DNA of 64,000 bases from Clostridia bacterium (GCA_017415485.1 JAFQGP010000009.1:9305-73304), one strand, 5' to 3'; positions 8,961 through 18,086 are shown, counted from the stretch's first letter. Notes: generated by a model from the sequence alone, not told the origin. Program-made: numbers and translations.

Positions 8961-10259
8961 TTATGACTTTCTTGTGAGTTTTGATATGAAGAACCCGTCG
9001 TGCTCGGCGCAGGGATAAAGCGTCAGCATACCATCGGGGGCGTCGTGTTCGCCCACCTTGAAGGGGACGGCTTCAAAATCTTTATGTTCGGATAGGAATT
9101 TTTCAACAATATTTTCGTTTTCCTCGGGCAGGATCGTGCAGGTCGAGTAAACGAGCGTGCCGCCGACTTCGAGCGACTCTGAAACCGCGCAGAGGATGGA
9201 GTACTGAAGCGGGGGCAATTCCGCGTTTTTTGCAAGCGGGCGATATTTGATCTCGGTTTTCTTCGCCGCGACTCCAAGCCCCGAGCAGGGCACGTCGCAG
9301 ATGATCTTCGAGAATTTTTCACCGCAAGGCAGAGATGAATCGCGCTCCTCGGTCTTGATTATCGAAATACCCAGTCGCTCCGCGCCCGATGAAATGAGCG
9401 GGAGTTTTGAGGCGTGCAAGTCGCGCGAGGTGATGCTGCCTGTGTTCTTCATCAGCATAGCCGCCGAGAAGGATTTTCCGCCGGGACAAGCGCAAGCGTC
9501 AAGAAGTCTGTCGCCCTCGTGCGGGTCGAGCACGAGTGAGGAGATCTGCGAGGACTCGTCCTGAACGTAGCAAAGACCTTCGGAGATTTCAGCGGGAAGC
9601 CCCGAGCCGACAACTCGGATGCCGTAAGGCGAGGTCGCGGTGGGCGTGCACTTGAATTCCTCGGACTCAAGCCGTTCGATCAGCTCGTCGCGGGTGGTGC
9701 GGAGAGTGTTTACGCGCAAAGTGAGCGCGGGAGTTTCAAGATAGGATGCAAGGATACTTTCAGCTTTCACCACGCCGAAAAGCGAAATGAACTTCTCGCA
9801 AAGCTCGCGTGGAGCCGAATAGGTGACCGAAAGCCGCTCCGCGTCGGGCTCTTCGGGGAATTTGATCGCATCCGCGCGCAGATATGAGCGCAGGATCGCG
9901 TTGATAAAGCCGCGCGAGCGCGATCTCGCAAGGTTCACAGTCTCGTTGACGGCGGCGTGCGAGGGGATGCGGTCGAGGTAGCGAAGCTGATAAACTCCCA
10001 TCCTCAAAAGGCAAAGCGCGTCGCGGTCAAGCTTTGAAAGAGGAGCTTTAGAGAATTTTTGAATTATAAAATCAAGCGTTATGCGCCGCTCGGTCACACC
10101 TGAAACGATCTGCGAAAGAAGCGCGCGGTCGGCGCCCTCAAAGGAGTGCTTCGAGATAGCCGAGTCGATCAGACGGTTTGAGTAGCCCTCGCCCTCATCC
10201 TTTTCCATTCGCATCAGAATGTCAAGCGCGGCGCGGCGGACGTTTTTGTTCTCTGCCAT
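8961..10259 (-). CDS. rsmB: 16S rRNA (cytosine967-C5)-methyltransferase
   Basis: NusB-like N-terminus; DACACPGGKS, CDVPCSGLG and YSTCT motifs. Confidence 0.93.
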   Translation of the reverse strand: MAENKNVRRAALDILMRMEKDEGEGYSNRLIDSAISKHSFEGADRALLSQIVSGVTERRITLDFIIQKFSKAPLSKLDRDALCLLRMGVYQLRYLDRIPSHAAVNETVNLARSRSRGFINAILRSYLRADAIKFPEEPDAERLSVTYSAPRELCEKFISLFGVVKAESILASYLETPALTLRVNTLRTTRDELIERLESEEFKCTPTATSPYGIRVVGSGLPAEISEGLCYVQDESSQISSLVLDPHEGDRLLDACACPGGKSFSAAMLMKNTGSITSRDLHASKLPLISSGAERLGISIIKTEERDSSLPCGEKFSKIICDVPCSGLGVAAKKTEIKYRPLAKNAELPPLQYSILCAVSESLEVGGTLVYSTCTILPEENENIVEKFLSEHKDFEAVPFKVGEHDAPDGMLTLYPCAEHDGFFISKLTRKS

Positions 10260-10975
10260 TATCTTCTTCTGTTGTTAGAGAGAATCACGAGGCGGAGGAT
10301 CTGAAGGAGCGAAACCGCAAGCGCGGCAACGTAGGTCATTGCGGCGGCACGGAGAACTTTGCGCGCACCGGCAAGCTCCTCGTCGGTGTAGTTGCCCGAA
10401 GCCTCAAGAGCCGCCATTGCACGGCGCGAGGCGTTGAATTCAACGGGCAGGGTAACGACCTGGAAGAACACCGCAACCGAAAACGCGATGATCCCCGCCT
10501 GCATCATCAGAAAACCGAATGATGTTTCGGGATTCCAGGAGGAAAAGAGCAGTCCGAGCAGAAACAGCGGCATCGCAAGCGATGATGCAAAATTGCAAAC
10601 GGGTATGATGGACATACGAAGTTTGATGGGACCGTAACCCTCCGCGTGCTGAAGCGCGTGACCCGCCTCGTGCGCCGCAACTCCGATAGCCGCGGCAGTC
10701 GTAGCACCGCAAACGGTCTCGGAAAGGCTGATCGAATTGTCGCGCGGATCGTAATGGTCGGTCATGCTTCCCTTGATGCCCTTGATGGACACGTCATTAA
10801 CTTTGCCGTAAGAAAGCACCTGCCGCGCCGCATCCGCGCCCGTAATACCGCGCGAAATTCTGACTCTTGAATATTTGTTAAACGTCGACTGCACCGAAAT
10901 CTGCGCCCAGACGGAGATTACAAGTCCAATGAGGACGAGAATGTAGGTGGGGTCGAAATAGTAGAAGAAAGGCAT
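10259..10975 (-). CDS. membrane zinc metallopeptidase (putative neutral zinc metallopeptidase family)
   Basis: HEAGHALQH motif flanked by TM segments. Confidence 0.85.
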   Translation of the reverse strand: MPFFYYFDPTYILVLIGLVISVWAQISVQSTFNKYSRVRISRGITGADAARQVLSYGKVNDVSIKGIKGSMTDHYDPRDNSISLSETVCGATTAAAIGVAAHEAGHALQHAEGYGPIKLRMSIIPVCNFASSLAMPLFLLGLLFSSWNPETSFGFLMMQAGIIAFSVAVFFQVVTLPVEFNASRRAMAALEASGNYTDEELAGARKVLRAAAMTYVAALAVSLLQILRLVILSNNRRR

Positions 10976-10990
10976 TTTAACTCCTTGAGT

Positions 10991-11050
10991 AGTGAAAAGA
11001 GGAAAGTGGACAGTGAAAAGTGAAGGAAAATTTTCGCTTTGCGAAAATTC
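10991..11050. repeat. heptamer-arm repeat (solo arm) plus GGAAAATTTTCGC hairpin
   Basis: AGTGAAAAGAGGAAAGTGGACAGTGAAAAGTGAAGG followed by the hairpin AAAATTTTCGC-TTT-GCGAAAATT. Fills the gap between the Zn-peptidase gene and fmt. Confidence 0.85.
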
Positions 11051-11056
11051 ACATTT

Positions 11057-12001
11057 TTAATTCAAAAGATCTCCGACAGAAATCTTTCTTCCACGGAGGA
11101 AGTCCGCGGCGTCCATTCTGCCCTTTCCTTCGGGCAAAACTTTGGTGATCTCGATTCTGCCGCAGCCGTCTTCGCCGCAGGCGATGATGATGGATTTGTC
11201 GGCAGAAACGACCTTGCCGATCTCTTCGGGCTTGCCGCTGTCGGCGACGCGGGATGCTACGAATTTGAGCATCTTGCCGTCGGGCATTCGGGCGTATGAG
11301 AGGGGGAAGGGCGAAAGACCGCGTATCTTGTTATGGATAGTATCTGCATCCTGTGCGAAATTTATGAGGCATTCGCTTTTCTCAATTTTTGCGGCGTAAG
11401 TCGGCTCGATTCCCGTCGAATCCTGCGGGATGCGGACAAGAGTGCCCGCGCGGATGGCGTCGATGGTCTTGAGCATAAGAGAACCGCCAACCGCTGCCAT
11501 TTTGTCGTGAATGGTCTCAAAATTATCCTCGGGGAGAATGTCGACGCGCTCGGTCAAGAGAATGTCGCCCGTGTCGATCCCGTCCGCCATCATCATTGTG
11601 GTGATGCCCGTGAACGCCTTGCCGTCGATGATCGCGCGCTGCATCGGCGCCGCGCCGCGATATTCGGGCAGAAGCGAGCCGTGAATGTTGATGCAACCGT
11701 GCTTGGGATAATCGAGCACGTTTCGCGGAAGAATTTTTCCGTAAGCCGCAACGATTATCAGCTCGGGGTCGATCTCTTCAAGAAAAGCGGCAAATTCCTC
11801 GCCCTTGAGGGTCGTCGGCTGATAAACGGGGATATTTCTTTCAAGCGCGCAGACCTTGACAGCGCTGGGCGTCAGCTTGTAGCCGCGTCCAACGGGTCTG
11901 TCGGGGAGAGTGATGACTCCGATAACGTCCTCGCCCGCGTCGCAGATTGCGGAGAGCGCAACCGCAGCGAAGTCCGGAGTTCCCATAAATAATATTTTCA
12001 T
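11057..12001 (-). CDS. fmt: methionyl-tRNA formyltransferase
   Basis: MKILFMGTPDFA N-terminus and HGSLLPEYRGAAP motif. I prefer the ATG at 12001 (GAGG upstream) to the upstream extension in the track. Confidence 0.93.
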   Translation of the reverse strand: MKILFMGTPDFAAVALSAICDAGEDVIGVITLPDRPVGRGYKLTPSAVKVCALERNIPVYQPTTLKGEEFAAFLEEIDPELIIVAAYGKILPRNVLDYPKHGCINIHGSLLPEYRGAAPMQRAIIDGKAFTGITTMMMADGIDTGDILLTERVDILPEDNFETIHDKMAAVGGSLMLKTIDAIRAGTLVRIPQDSTGIEPTYAAKIEKSECLINFAQDADTIHNKIRGLSPFPLSYARMPDGKMLKFVASRVADSGKPEEIGKVVSADKSIIIACGEDGCGRIEITKVLPEGKGRMDAADFLRGRKISVGDLLN

Positions 12002-12018
12002 TTTGTACCTCACATTTC

Positions 12019-12235
12019 TTGCCTGCACGAAGCAAGCGGAAAGTTTTGGTCCACCTTTTTCAAAAGGTGGCAGAGCTCGAGACGGAGTCTCGAACTAATG
12101 CAAAAGCTTCAGCTTTTGCCACCGTGCTTTAAAATCACGAAGCTTGCTTCGGGATTTTGGACAGAGTCAATACTTCCCGACTGTAGGGAAGTATTGCGCT
12201 CTGTCACCCTGCGCCTGAAGGGCGCAAGTAATAGG
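12019..12235 (+). repeat. concatenated-hairpin repeat D1 (head GCGGAAAGTTTTGGTCCACC..., conserved ~95-nt module at 12118-12210)
   Basis: A chain of at least 6 stem-loops. Positions 12118-12210 are near-identical to 27937-28030. Confidence 0.9.
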
Positions 12236-12301
12236 TAAAAATCCGTGCCAAATTTTTATTTTATAATATTTCGCCTTGGCATTTGTTGTGTGCGAAAAAT
12301 T

Positions 12302-12350
12302 TCGCGCGGCGCTGACTGCCCACCCCAACCCCTCCCGCAAGCGGGAGGGG
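12302..12350 (+). repeat. CCCTCCC-GCAA-GGGAGGG hairpin repeat, copy C1
   Basis: TCGCGCGGCGCTGACTGCCCACCCCAACCCCTCCCGCAAGCGGGAGGGG. Same word and 5' flank as at 21656 and 63199. Confidence 0.9.
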
Positions 12351-12404
12351 CAGAGATAGTAGAAATCTCGTTGTTCGGTGTTCTGAACATAGTTCGTCAG
12401 GTTG

Positions 12405-12507
12405 GCGACCTCTGCGGAGGTCGCGTGATATATTCGCTTCGCGAATACGATATATCTTCGATACTATATGCCTGCGGCACGATATGTTCGCCGTTGGCGA
12501 ACGTGAT
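12405..12507. repeat. mini-hairpin array, GATAT-linker dialect
   Basis: gcgacctc-tgcg-gaggtcgc, then GTGATAT attcgc-ttc-gcgaat, ACGATAT atc-ttc-gat, ACTATAT gcc-tgc-ggc, ACGATAT gttcgcc-gtt-ggcgaac. The array abuts the def stop codon. Confidence 0.8.
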
Positions 12508-13020
12508 TTATTTGTCTTTTCTTCTTGCGTATTTGCGCAAGCGCGGCGACACGCGCTCCTCCTCTTCGGGCTCGTACATATATTCGGCAAAGTCGATGTA
12601 GAGATGACCGTCGAGGTGGTCGGTCTCGTGGCAGATGGCGCGGGCAAGGAGCTCGGTGCCTTCAAGTACGTACTCTTCACCGTTACGGTTAAGTGCCTTG
12701 ACCTTGACGTAATTCGGGCGCTTGACGTGTCCAGAACGGCCGGGAAGGGAAAGACAACCCTCGCTGCCCTCCTGCTCGCCCGAGGTTTCGATGATCTCGG
12801 GGTTGATCAGCTCGTGAACTGTGCCGGGCTCGGTTTCGATGACAACGGCGCGGAGAAGAACTCCGACCTGCGGTGCGGCAAGACCAACGCCGTTCGCGTC
12901 GCGCATCGTTTCGATCATATCGTCAAGAAGGGTGACGATTCGGGGAGTGATGCGGGGCACGGGGCGGCAAACTGTGCGGAGGGTGGGATCGTTATCTGTA
13001 AGAATCTTTCTTTTAGCCAT
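12508..13020 (-). CDS. def: peptide deformylase
   Basis: GVGLAAPQVG, EGCLSLPG and HETDHLDG motifs. Confidence 0.95.
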   Translation of the reverse strand: MAKRKILTDNDPTLRTVCRPVPRITPRIVTLLDDMIETMRDANGVGLAAPQVGVLLRAVVIETEPGTVHELINPEIIETSGEQEGSEGCLSLPGRSGHVKRPNYVKVKALNRNGEEYVLEGTELLARAICHETDHLDGHLYIDFAEYMYEPEEEERVSPRLRKYARRKDK

Positions 13021-13032
13021 GATGAGTTTCCT

Positions 13033-15546
13033 TTATAAATTGGTGGGATTGAAATCTATCGAAAGCGTCGGGGCGGTCGCGCCCTCGGCGGGGAATTCGG
13101 TAAGTAATTGCGCGAAAAGCCTTCTCGTCTGCGCGCCGAGCTTGCATTTGACTACCATTCGCATTCGGTAGCGCGAGTCAACGCGGTAAACGGGCGCCTC
13201 AAAGGGTCCAAAGAGTATGAAGGGCAAGTCGCGGTATTTTTCGGACGACGTCAGCGCGCGGAGGTTTTCGTTCAGCACGTTCGATGCCTTCAGCACGTCG
13301 CTTTCAACCTTGCCCGTCAGCGTCAAAAGAACAATGTCGCAGAAGGGGGGGAAGACAAGCGCGCGGCGCAGTCTTATCGTCCGCTTGTAAAAGGTCTCGT
13401 AATCCTGCATACTTGCAAGCTCGATGACCTCGTGGTCGGGGTTGTTGGTCTGTATGATCGCGCGTCCCGCCTTGTCGCGCCGTCCCGCACGTCCGATGAC
13501 CTGCGTCAGAAGCGCAAAGGTGCGTTCCTCGGCGCGGTAATCGTCGTAGTAAAGCGAGGCGTCGGCAAGAAGCACGCCGACAAGCGTGACGTCGGGGAAG
13601 TCGTGACCCTTCGTGACCATCTGCGTTCCGAGGAGGATATCCGCCTCGTGACGCTTGAATTTGCCTAAAAGCTCGCGGTATGAGTTCTTCGTTTGCGTCG
13701 TATCGGTGTCCATACGGAGAATTTTGGCATCGGGAAGAAGGAGGGAAAGCTCCTGCTCGACCCTCTGCGTGCCGTAGCCCATTCGGATGAGATGCTCGGA
13801 TTTGCATTCGGGGCATTCGGTGGGAAGCGGCATTCGCCTGCCGCACCAATGGCAGACAAGCTCGCCCGCTTCATAATTGCCGCGGCGGGTGTGATAGGTC
13901 ATTGAAACGCTGCAGGATGGGCACTTGATCGCCTCACCGCAAACGGCGCAGGAAACGTAATTGTTGTATCCGCGGCGGTTGAGGAAGAGGATCGATTGCT
14001 CGCCCTTCTCGAAGGTCTCAACAAGTGCGGCTGAAAGCTCGGCGCCGATGGGGGTGAGATTGCCCGTCCGTGCCTCGCCGCGCATATCGGCAACCACGAC
14101 CTCGGGCAGCACCGCGTTTCCGTAGCGCTTCGTCAGCCTGATGAGTGTGTAAGCCCCGTCTTCCGCCTTTTTTCTGCTTTCAAGCGACGGCGTTGCCGAG
14201 GCGAGAAGCATCAGCGCCTTTGAATAGGCACAGCGCAGACGGGCAATGTCCCTCGCGTGGTAGCGCGGGGAGGAGTCGGATTTGTAGGTGTGCTCTTGTT
14301 CTTCGTCAATAATGATCAGCCCAAGATCCTTTGTCGGCGCAAATATTGCGGAGCGCGTCCCGATAACGAGCCTCGCCGCGCCGTTTTTGATTCGGTTGTA
14401 GGAATCCTGCCTCTCTCCCGCCGACATTCCCGAGTGCAAAAGCGCGACCTCTTCGCCGTAGCGGGCGCAGAAGATCGAAAGCGTTTGCGGTGTCAGCGCG
14501 ATTTCGGGGAGAAGAAGGATGACGCCGCGTCCCGATTCAAGAACGCGGTCGATCAGCGCGAGCATAACGCTCGTTTTTCCGCTTCCCGTAACGCCCTCAA
14601 GCAGAGCCGCGCGCGGCTCTCCCGATGAATAAAGCTCGGTGAGCGTTGCAAGCGCTTCGGATTGCTCGTCGCTGAGAACGAGCTCTCTTTTTTGCGCCGC
14701 CGCCTCAGCGTGGGCGTGAATGAGGATGAGATCGCGGTTTACCGATCTCTTTTCCTCCGAAATAAGTCCTTTTTTGAGCAGCGCGGACAAGTGCGCGGTC
14801 GTGATGTTGCCGCCTTCGCGCAGCTCGAGCGATGAAAGTGCCTCTCCGCATTCCATAAGCTTGCGAAGAGCCAGCACCTGACCTTCGGATTTGATCTTCG
14901 CTACCTTTTTGCCCCCGATGATGCCGCCCGAGATGTGAATTTCCGCCGTTTCCTCATCGACAGCGAGCGAATATACCGATTCGCTCTTGCCCGCCGAGGG
15001 ATCGCAGACCTCAAGCTCGCGGCGTATGCATCCCGCTTTGAGCAATTTTTCGACCGATTCCGCGGTCTTCACGCCGAAGCGGTATTTGAGAGCCTCTTCG
15101 CCGATCCGCCCGCGGCTGACGATGAGGTTGAAGATCATCATTGCCTGCGCGTTTTCAAGGATCGCCTTCGTCGGCGCTTTTTCGGTCGGGGAATAGTATT
15201 CCTCGAGCTTCGAGAGCGCGGCTGAGGGGATCATTGCGTGAATGGCGTCCGAGGTGGTGCAAAGAGTAGTCGAGCGCAGAAAGCGCCAGATCTCGAGCAT
15301 CTCACCGTCAAGATGAAGCCCGTCGGCACATTTTGCAAGGATCGGCTTGACCTTCCCTTCGGGCACGTCCGTGGTGTCCTTGATCGAGGTCACAAGCGCG
15401 ATCCGCCTGCGGTTTCCGTTGCCAAATGGCAGACCGACGAAGTCGCCCGGGGTAATATTTATCCCCTCGGGGATCAGATAATCATATTCGCGGTCAAGCG
15501 AGAACGGCGCATCCAGGAGATAAACGCCTGCGTATTTGATTGACAT
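13033..15546 (-). CDS. priA: primosomal replication restart helicase PriA
   Basis: GVTGSGKT Walker A, IIIDEEQEH, and Cys-rich Zn region CAVCGEAIKCPSCS..CHWCG. I prefer the ATG at 15546, because the 30-aa upstream extension in the track reads through a heptamer repeat. Confidence 0.95.
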   Translation of the reverse strand: MSIKYAGVYLLDAPFSLDREYDYLIPEGINITPGDFVGLPFGNGNRRRIALVTSIKDTTDVPEGKVKPILAKCADGLHLDGEMLEIWRFLRSTTLCTTSDAIHAMIPSAALSKLEEYYSPTEKAPTKAILENAQAMMIFNLIVSRGRIGEEALKYRFGVKTAESVEKLLKAGCIRRELEVCDPSAGKSESVYSLAVDEETAEIHISGGIIGGKKVAKIKSEGQVLALRKLMECGEALSSLELREGGNITTAHLSALLKKGLISEEKRSVNRDLILIHAHAEAAAQKRELVLSDEQSEALATLTELYSSGEPRAALLEGVTGSGKTSVMLALIDRVLESGRGVILLLPEIALTPQTLSIFCARYGEEVALLHSGMSAGERQDSYNRIKNGAARLVIGTRSAIFAPTKDLGLIIIDEEQEHTYKSDSSPRYHARDIARLRCAYSKALMLLASATPSLESRKKAEDGAYTLIRLTKRYGNAVLPEVVVADMRGEARTGNLTPIGAELSAALVETFEKGEQSILFLNRRGYNNYVSCAVCGEAIKCPSCSVSMTYHTRRGNYEAGELVCHWCGRRMPLPTECPECKSEHLIRMGYGTQRVEQELSLLLPDAKILRMDTDTTQTKNSYRELLGKFKRHEADILLGTQMVTKGHDFPDVTLVGVLLADASLYYDDYRAEERTFALLTQVIGRAGRRDKAGRAIIQTNNPDHEVIELASMQDYETFYKRTIRLRRALVFPPFCDIVLLTLTGKVESDVLKASNVLNENLRALTSSEKYRDLPFILFGPFEAPVYRVDSRYRMRMVVKCKLGAQTRRLFAQLLTEFPAEGATAPTLSIDFNPTNL

Positions 15547-15570
15547 AGCGTGACCTCCGTTGTGCGGTGC

Positions 15571-15635
15571 AAGTGTAAAGTGAAAAGTGGAAAGTGTAAA
15601 GTTAAGGTGAATTTCCGCCAAAGCGAAAATTTTCA
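15571..15635. repeat. heptamer-arm repeat (solo arm) plus GAATTTCCGCC..GCGAAAATTTTC hairpin
   Basis: AAGTGTAAAGTGAAAAGTGGAAAGTGTAAAGTTAAGG followed by an imperfect hairpin. Confidence 0.85.
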
Positions 15636-15651
15636 ATTAAATCAAACACCT

Positions 15652-15757
15652 ATTTAACTTCGCCGAAGGCGAACATTAACTCGGGCGCAGCCCGATCATA
15701 ACTCGGCGAAGCCGATATTAACTTGCGCGAAGCGCAAAATTAACTCGCCGAAGGCGA
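15652..15757 (-). repeat. mini-hairpin array, 5 units, TTAAC linker (inverse orientation of the GTTAA arrays)
   Basis: TTAAC/ATAAC starts at 15654, 15676, 15698, 15718 and 15740 (periods 22, 22, 20, 22). Units are ttcgcc-gaa-ggcgaa, tcgggc-gca-gcccga, tcggc-gaa-gccga, ttgcgc-gaa-gcgcaa and tcgcc-gaa-ggcga. Confidence 0.9.
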
Positions 15758-15783
15758 TAGCCTCGCTCAGATGGCAAACCACC

Positions 15784-16089
15784 TTACGAATTATTGGGAT
15801 TTCCTTCGAATGTCATTCCTTCTTCGGTCTTTTCGCAAATAACGTATTCGCCGTCGTCGAGCTTGTCGATGGCGATCTTAACAGCCTTTCTGTCGCGGTA
15901 GTCGGCGTTGACCGCGTGCTCCATCATGGGGCGGTCGATGTCCTTGTTGCCGGTGAGCTGCTTTTCGGCGTTCTTGCGCTGGGTGGAGTACTCGTCGGTG
16001 ATGATGCGCGCGCACTTTGCGGTCGCGATAGCGAGCTGATAGCGGTTGTACTTGCCCTGTGTGAGCTTTGCAATGGTGGGATAGATCAT
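15784..16089 (-). CDS. rpoZ: DNA-directed RNA polymerase subunit omega
   Basis: N-terminal NRYQLAIATAKCARIIT core typical of RpoZ, plus conserved position between remA/gmk and priA. Confidence 0.8.
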   Translation of the reverse strand: MIYPTIAKLTQGKYNRYQLAIATAKCARIITDEYSTQRKNAEKQLTGNKDIDRPMMEHAVNADYRDRKAVKIAIDKLDDGEYVICEKTEEGMTFEGNPNNS

Positions 16090-16128
16090 AATGTTCTCCT
16101 TTATTTGTGAAATAATAATTTTTAAAAT

Positions 16129-16389
16129 TTATTCTTCATCGTCATCCGAGGAGGTATCTCCCTCAAGTCGGCGGGCGATCTTTTCGGTTGTGAGCGCGGA
16201 AAGAATGACGTGTTCGGAGTCGGTGACGAGCACCGATCTTGTTTTGCGGCCGCAGGAAACGTCGATAACTCTGCCCATTTCCTTGGCATCTTGTATAAGT
16301 CTTTTGACGGGCGCGGATTCGGGGCTGACCAGAGCGACGATGCGCTCAACGGCAACCGAATTACCATACCCGATGCTGATGAATTTCAT
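16129..16389 (-). CDS. remA: RemA/DUF370 family regulator
   Basis: MKFISIGYGNSVAVERIVALVSPESAPVKRLIQDAKE...VIDVSCGRKTRSVLV is a strong RemA signature. Confidence 0.9.
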   Translation of the reverse strand: MKFISIGYGNSVAVERIVALVSPESAPVKRLIQDAKEMGRVIDVSCGRKTRSVLVTDSEHVILSALTTEKIARRLEGDTSSDDDEE

Positions 16390-16402
16390 TGTTCGGGACC
16401 TC

Positions 16403-17290
16403 TTATTCTATGTTCTGAATTTGCTCGCGAATCTTTTCGGATTCGTTTTTCATTTCAACAACGAGCTTTGCAATGTCCGCGTTCTGGCACTTCGAGCCGA
16501 TGGTGTTGATCTCGCGGCTCGATTCCTGAAGCTGAAAGTCAAATTTGCGTCCAACGGGGATGTCAAGCTCCGCCATGTCCTCAAGCGCGGCAAAGTGCGA
16601 ACGCAGGCGAACGAGCTCCTCGTCAATGGCGATCTTGTCTGCCCAAATTGCGCATTCGGTGAGGATGCGGTTCTCGTCAACCGTGATGCGGTTGTCGGCA
16701 AGAACGGCGATCAGGCGCTGCTTTATGCGGTCGCGAGCCGATTCGATCTCGCCCTTCGAGATCTCCTCGATGCGGTCGGTGAGTGTTCGCAGATGCGCGA
16801 TCTTTGCGAGAATATCGCGGCGAAGGTTTTCACCCTCGCGCAGTCTTTCGGCAACGAATTCGCGGCAAGCCTCGTCGATAACGGGAAGAATGTCAGCCCA
16901 AACGGCGTCAAGATCCTCGCCGACCTCGCGGACGGTGAAGATGTCGCGGTTCTGTGCCACCGTCATGACAGAAATGTCGTCGGTGAGCGAAAATTTGTCG
17001 CGCAGCTCGCGAAGAGCGGCAATGTATCCCTCGGCGTAGGCGCTGTCAAGCGCGAGAGTGTTGCCCGAGGAAGAGGAATTGACGTAATTTATGAAAACGT
17101 CAACGCGCCCGCGGCTGATCGGGTGCGCCGTGACCGCGCTCTTGATCCTCGCCTCGAGTGGCGAAAGCGCGCGCGGAGTCTTGACGCTGAGGTCAAGGAA
17201 CTTGCTGTTGACCGATTTGAGCTCGACCGTGATCTCGCGCTCGTCGGTAAGAAGAGCCGCGCGGCCGTAAGCTGTCATGCTTCTGAACAT
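16403..17290 (-). CDS. yicC: YicC/YloC family endoribonuclease
   Basis: MFRSMTAYGRA N-terminus and C-terminal EINTIGSK..EMKNESEKIREQIQNIE. I prefer the ATG at 17290 (AAGGAG upstream). Confidence 0.88.
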   Translation of the reverse strand: MFRSMTAYGRAALLTDEREITVELKSVNSKFLDLSVKTPRALSPLEARIKSAVTAHPISRGRVDVFINYVNSSSSGNTLALDSAYAEGYIAALRELRDKFSLTDDISVMTVAQNRDIFTVREVGEDLDAVWADILPVIDEACREFVAERLREGENLRRDILAKIAHLRTLTDRIEEISKGEIESARDRIKQRLIAVLADNRITVDENRILTECAIWADKIAIDEELVRLRSHFAALEDMAELDIPVGRKFDFQLQESSREINTIGSKCQNADIAKLVVEMKNESEKIREQIQNIE

Positions 17291-17516
17291 ATTTTTGCTC
17301 CTTTTCGGATGGTTGTAATATATTATATAACTAAATAACACTTATCCATTATGACATATATATTTAATTATACTATATTTTAAGCCAAAAGTCAAGTTAT
17401 TTATTTGTTTAACTCTCCAAGGCGAAAAACTGCCGTAATTGATTTTGTAAAATTTTTGTGAACGACCGCAAAACGAGGATTTTTGCGTCGAAAACATATT
17501 GCTTATGTCGATTGTG

Positions 17517-17966
17517 CAGTACAGATTCCGCCACCCCTCATCCGCCGCTTCGCGACACCTGTCTCGCTGCGGCTCGGTCACGCCGCGGGTCTGACAGTCC
17601 CCCGGACTGTCATTCAATACCGCGCCGCCGCTTCGCTACCCAAGGTCCGGGAGAAGGCATAGTTCGCCTCGCGGCGAACAGTTGGTTAGGTCCCTCAAAC
17701 TTTGCGTTTCAGCGAATACTATTTATAGCGATAATTATGTTTTGGCAAAGAGGAATGCTTGTATTGAGATTATTGTGCGCTTGTTTTGAAGTTTCAGCAA
17801 GTTTTTTCAATAAAATATTCCTATTTAACCAACCGTGGTTTACATTTCAAACAGTGTTCGCTGATAATACAAAATTAGCGAACTAAACACTCAGCCTTCT
17901 CCCGGATCTTGGGAGAAGGTGGCGCCCCTTGGGGGCGTCGGATGAGGGGTGGCGGAGTCTGTACTG
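17517..17966. repeat. IR-bounded element F2 (28-bp terminal inverted repeat, AT-rich core)
   Basis: CAGTACAGATTCCGCCACCCCTCATCCG (17517-17544) against its complement at 17939-17966, 1 mismatch. An inner CCGGGAGAAGGC/GCCTTCTCCCGG pair is present. The core shares GC(A/G)ATAATTATGTTT with F1. Confidence 0.85.
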
Positions 17967-18086
17967 TATTTTATCAAGTGAGTTATCTTAAGGTACTACC
18001 GCAATACGTTTATAGTGCAAAATGTAAATTTTTTTTGAAAGTGTGTAAAAAGTGTGCTTTTTGAGCAATAAAATATCGCAAACCTC

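Noticed and set aside
12508-12560. Whether the basic C-terminal tail of Def (..RVSPRLRKYARRKDK) is repeat-derived, like the tail of the 48197 ORF.
   Set aside because: The segment contains only a weak hairpin (CTTGCG..GCGCAAG) and no linker-word periodicity. The mini-hairpin array starts after the stop codon, so I treat the tail as native.
15547-15636. N-terminal extensions of real genes in the ORF track: priA to 15636, deoR to 25024, the ECF sigma gene from 21966, fmt to 12028, yicC to 17341, and thiN to 2223.
   Set aside because: The extensions read through repeat modules (for example FTLSTFHFTL from heptamers, PPFEKGGRKLSA from the D head) and lack an RBS. Internal ATGs with good Shine-Dalgarno sequences and the canonical protein N-termini follow.
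17342-17886. ORFs lying entirely in repeat-rich intergenic DNA: 17342..17617(-), 17458..17886(+), 815..1045(+), 1260..1598(+), 12245..12601(+), 12261..12680(-), 21726..21923(-), 25005..25232(-), 29060..29242(-), 44464..44703(+) and 49530..49739(-).
   Set aside because: They are translations of hairpin repeats. They have no RBS and biased composition, they overlap palindromes so both strands stay open, and the same pseudo-peptides recur wherever a repeat recurs.
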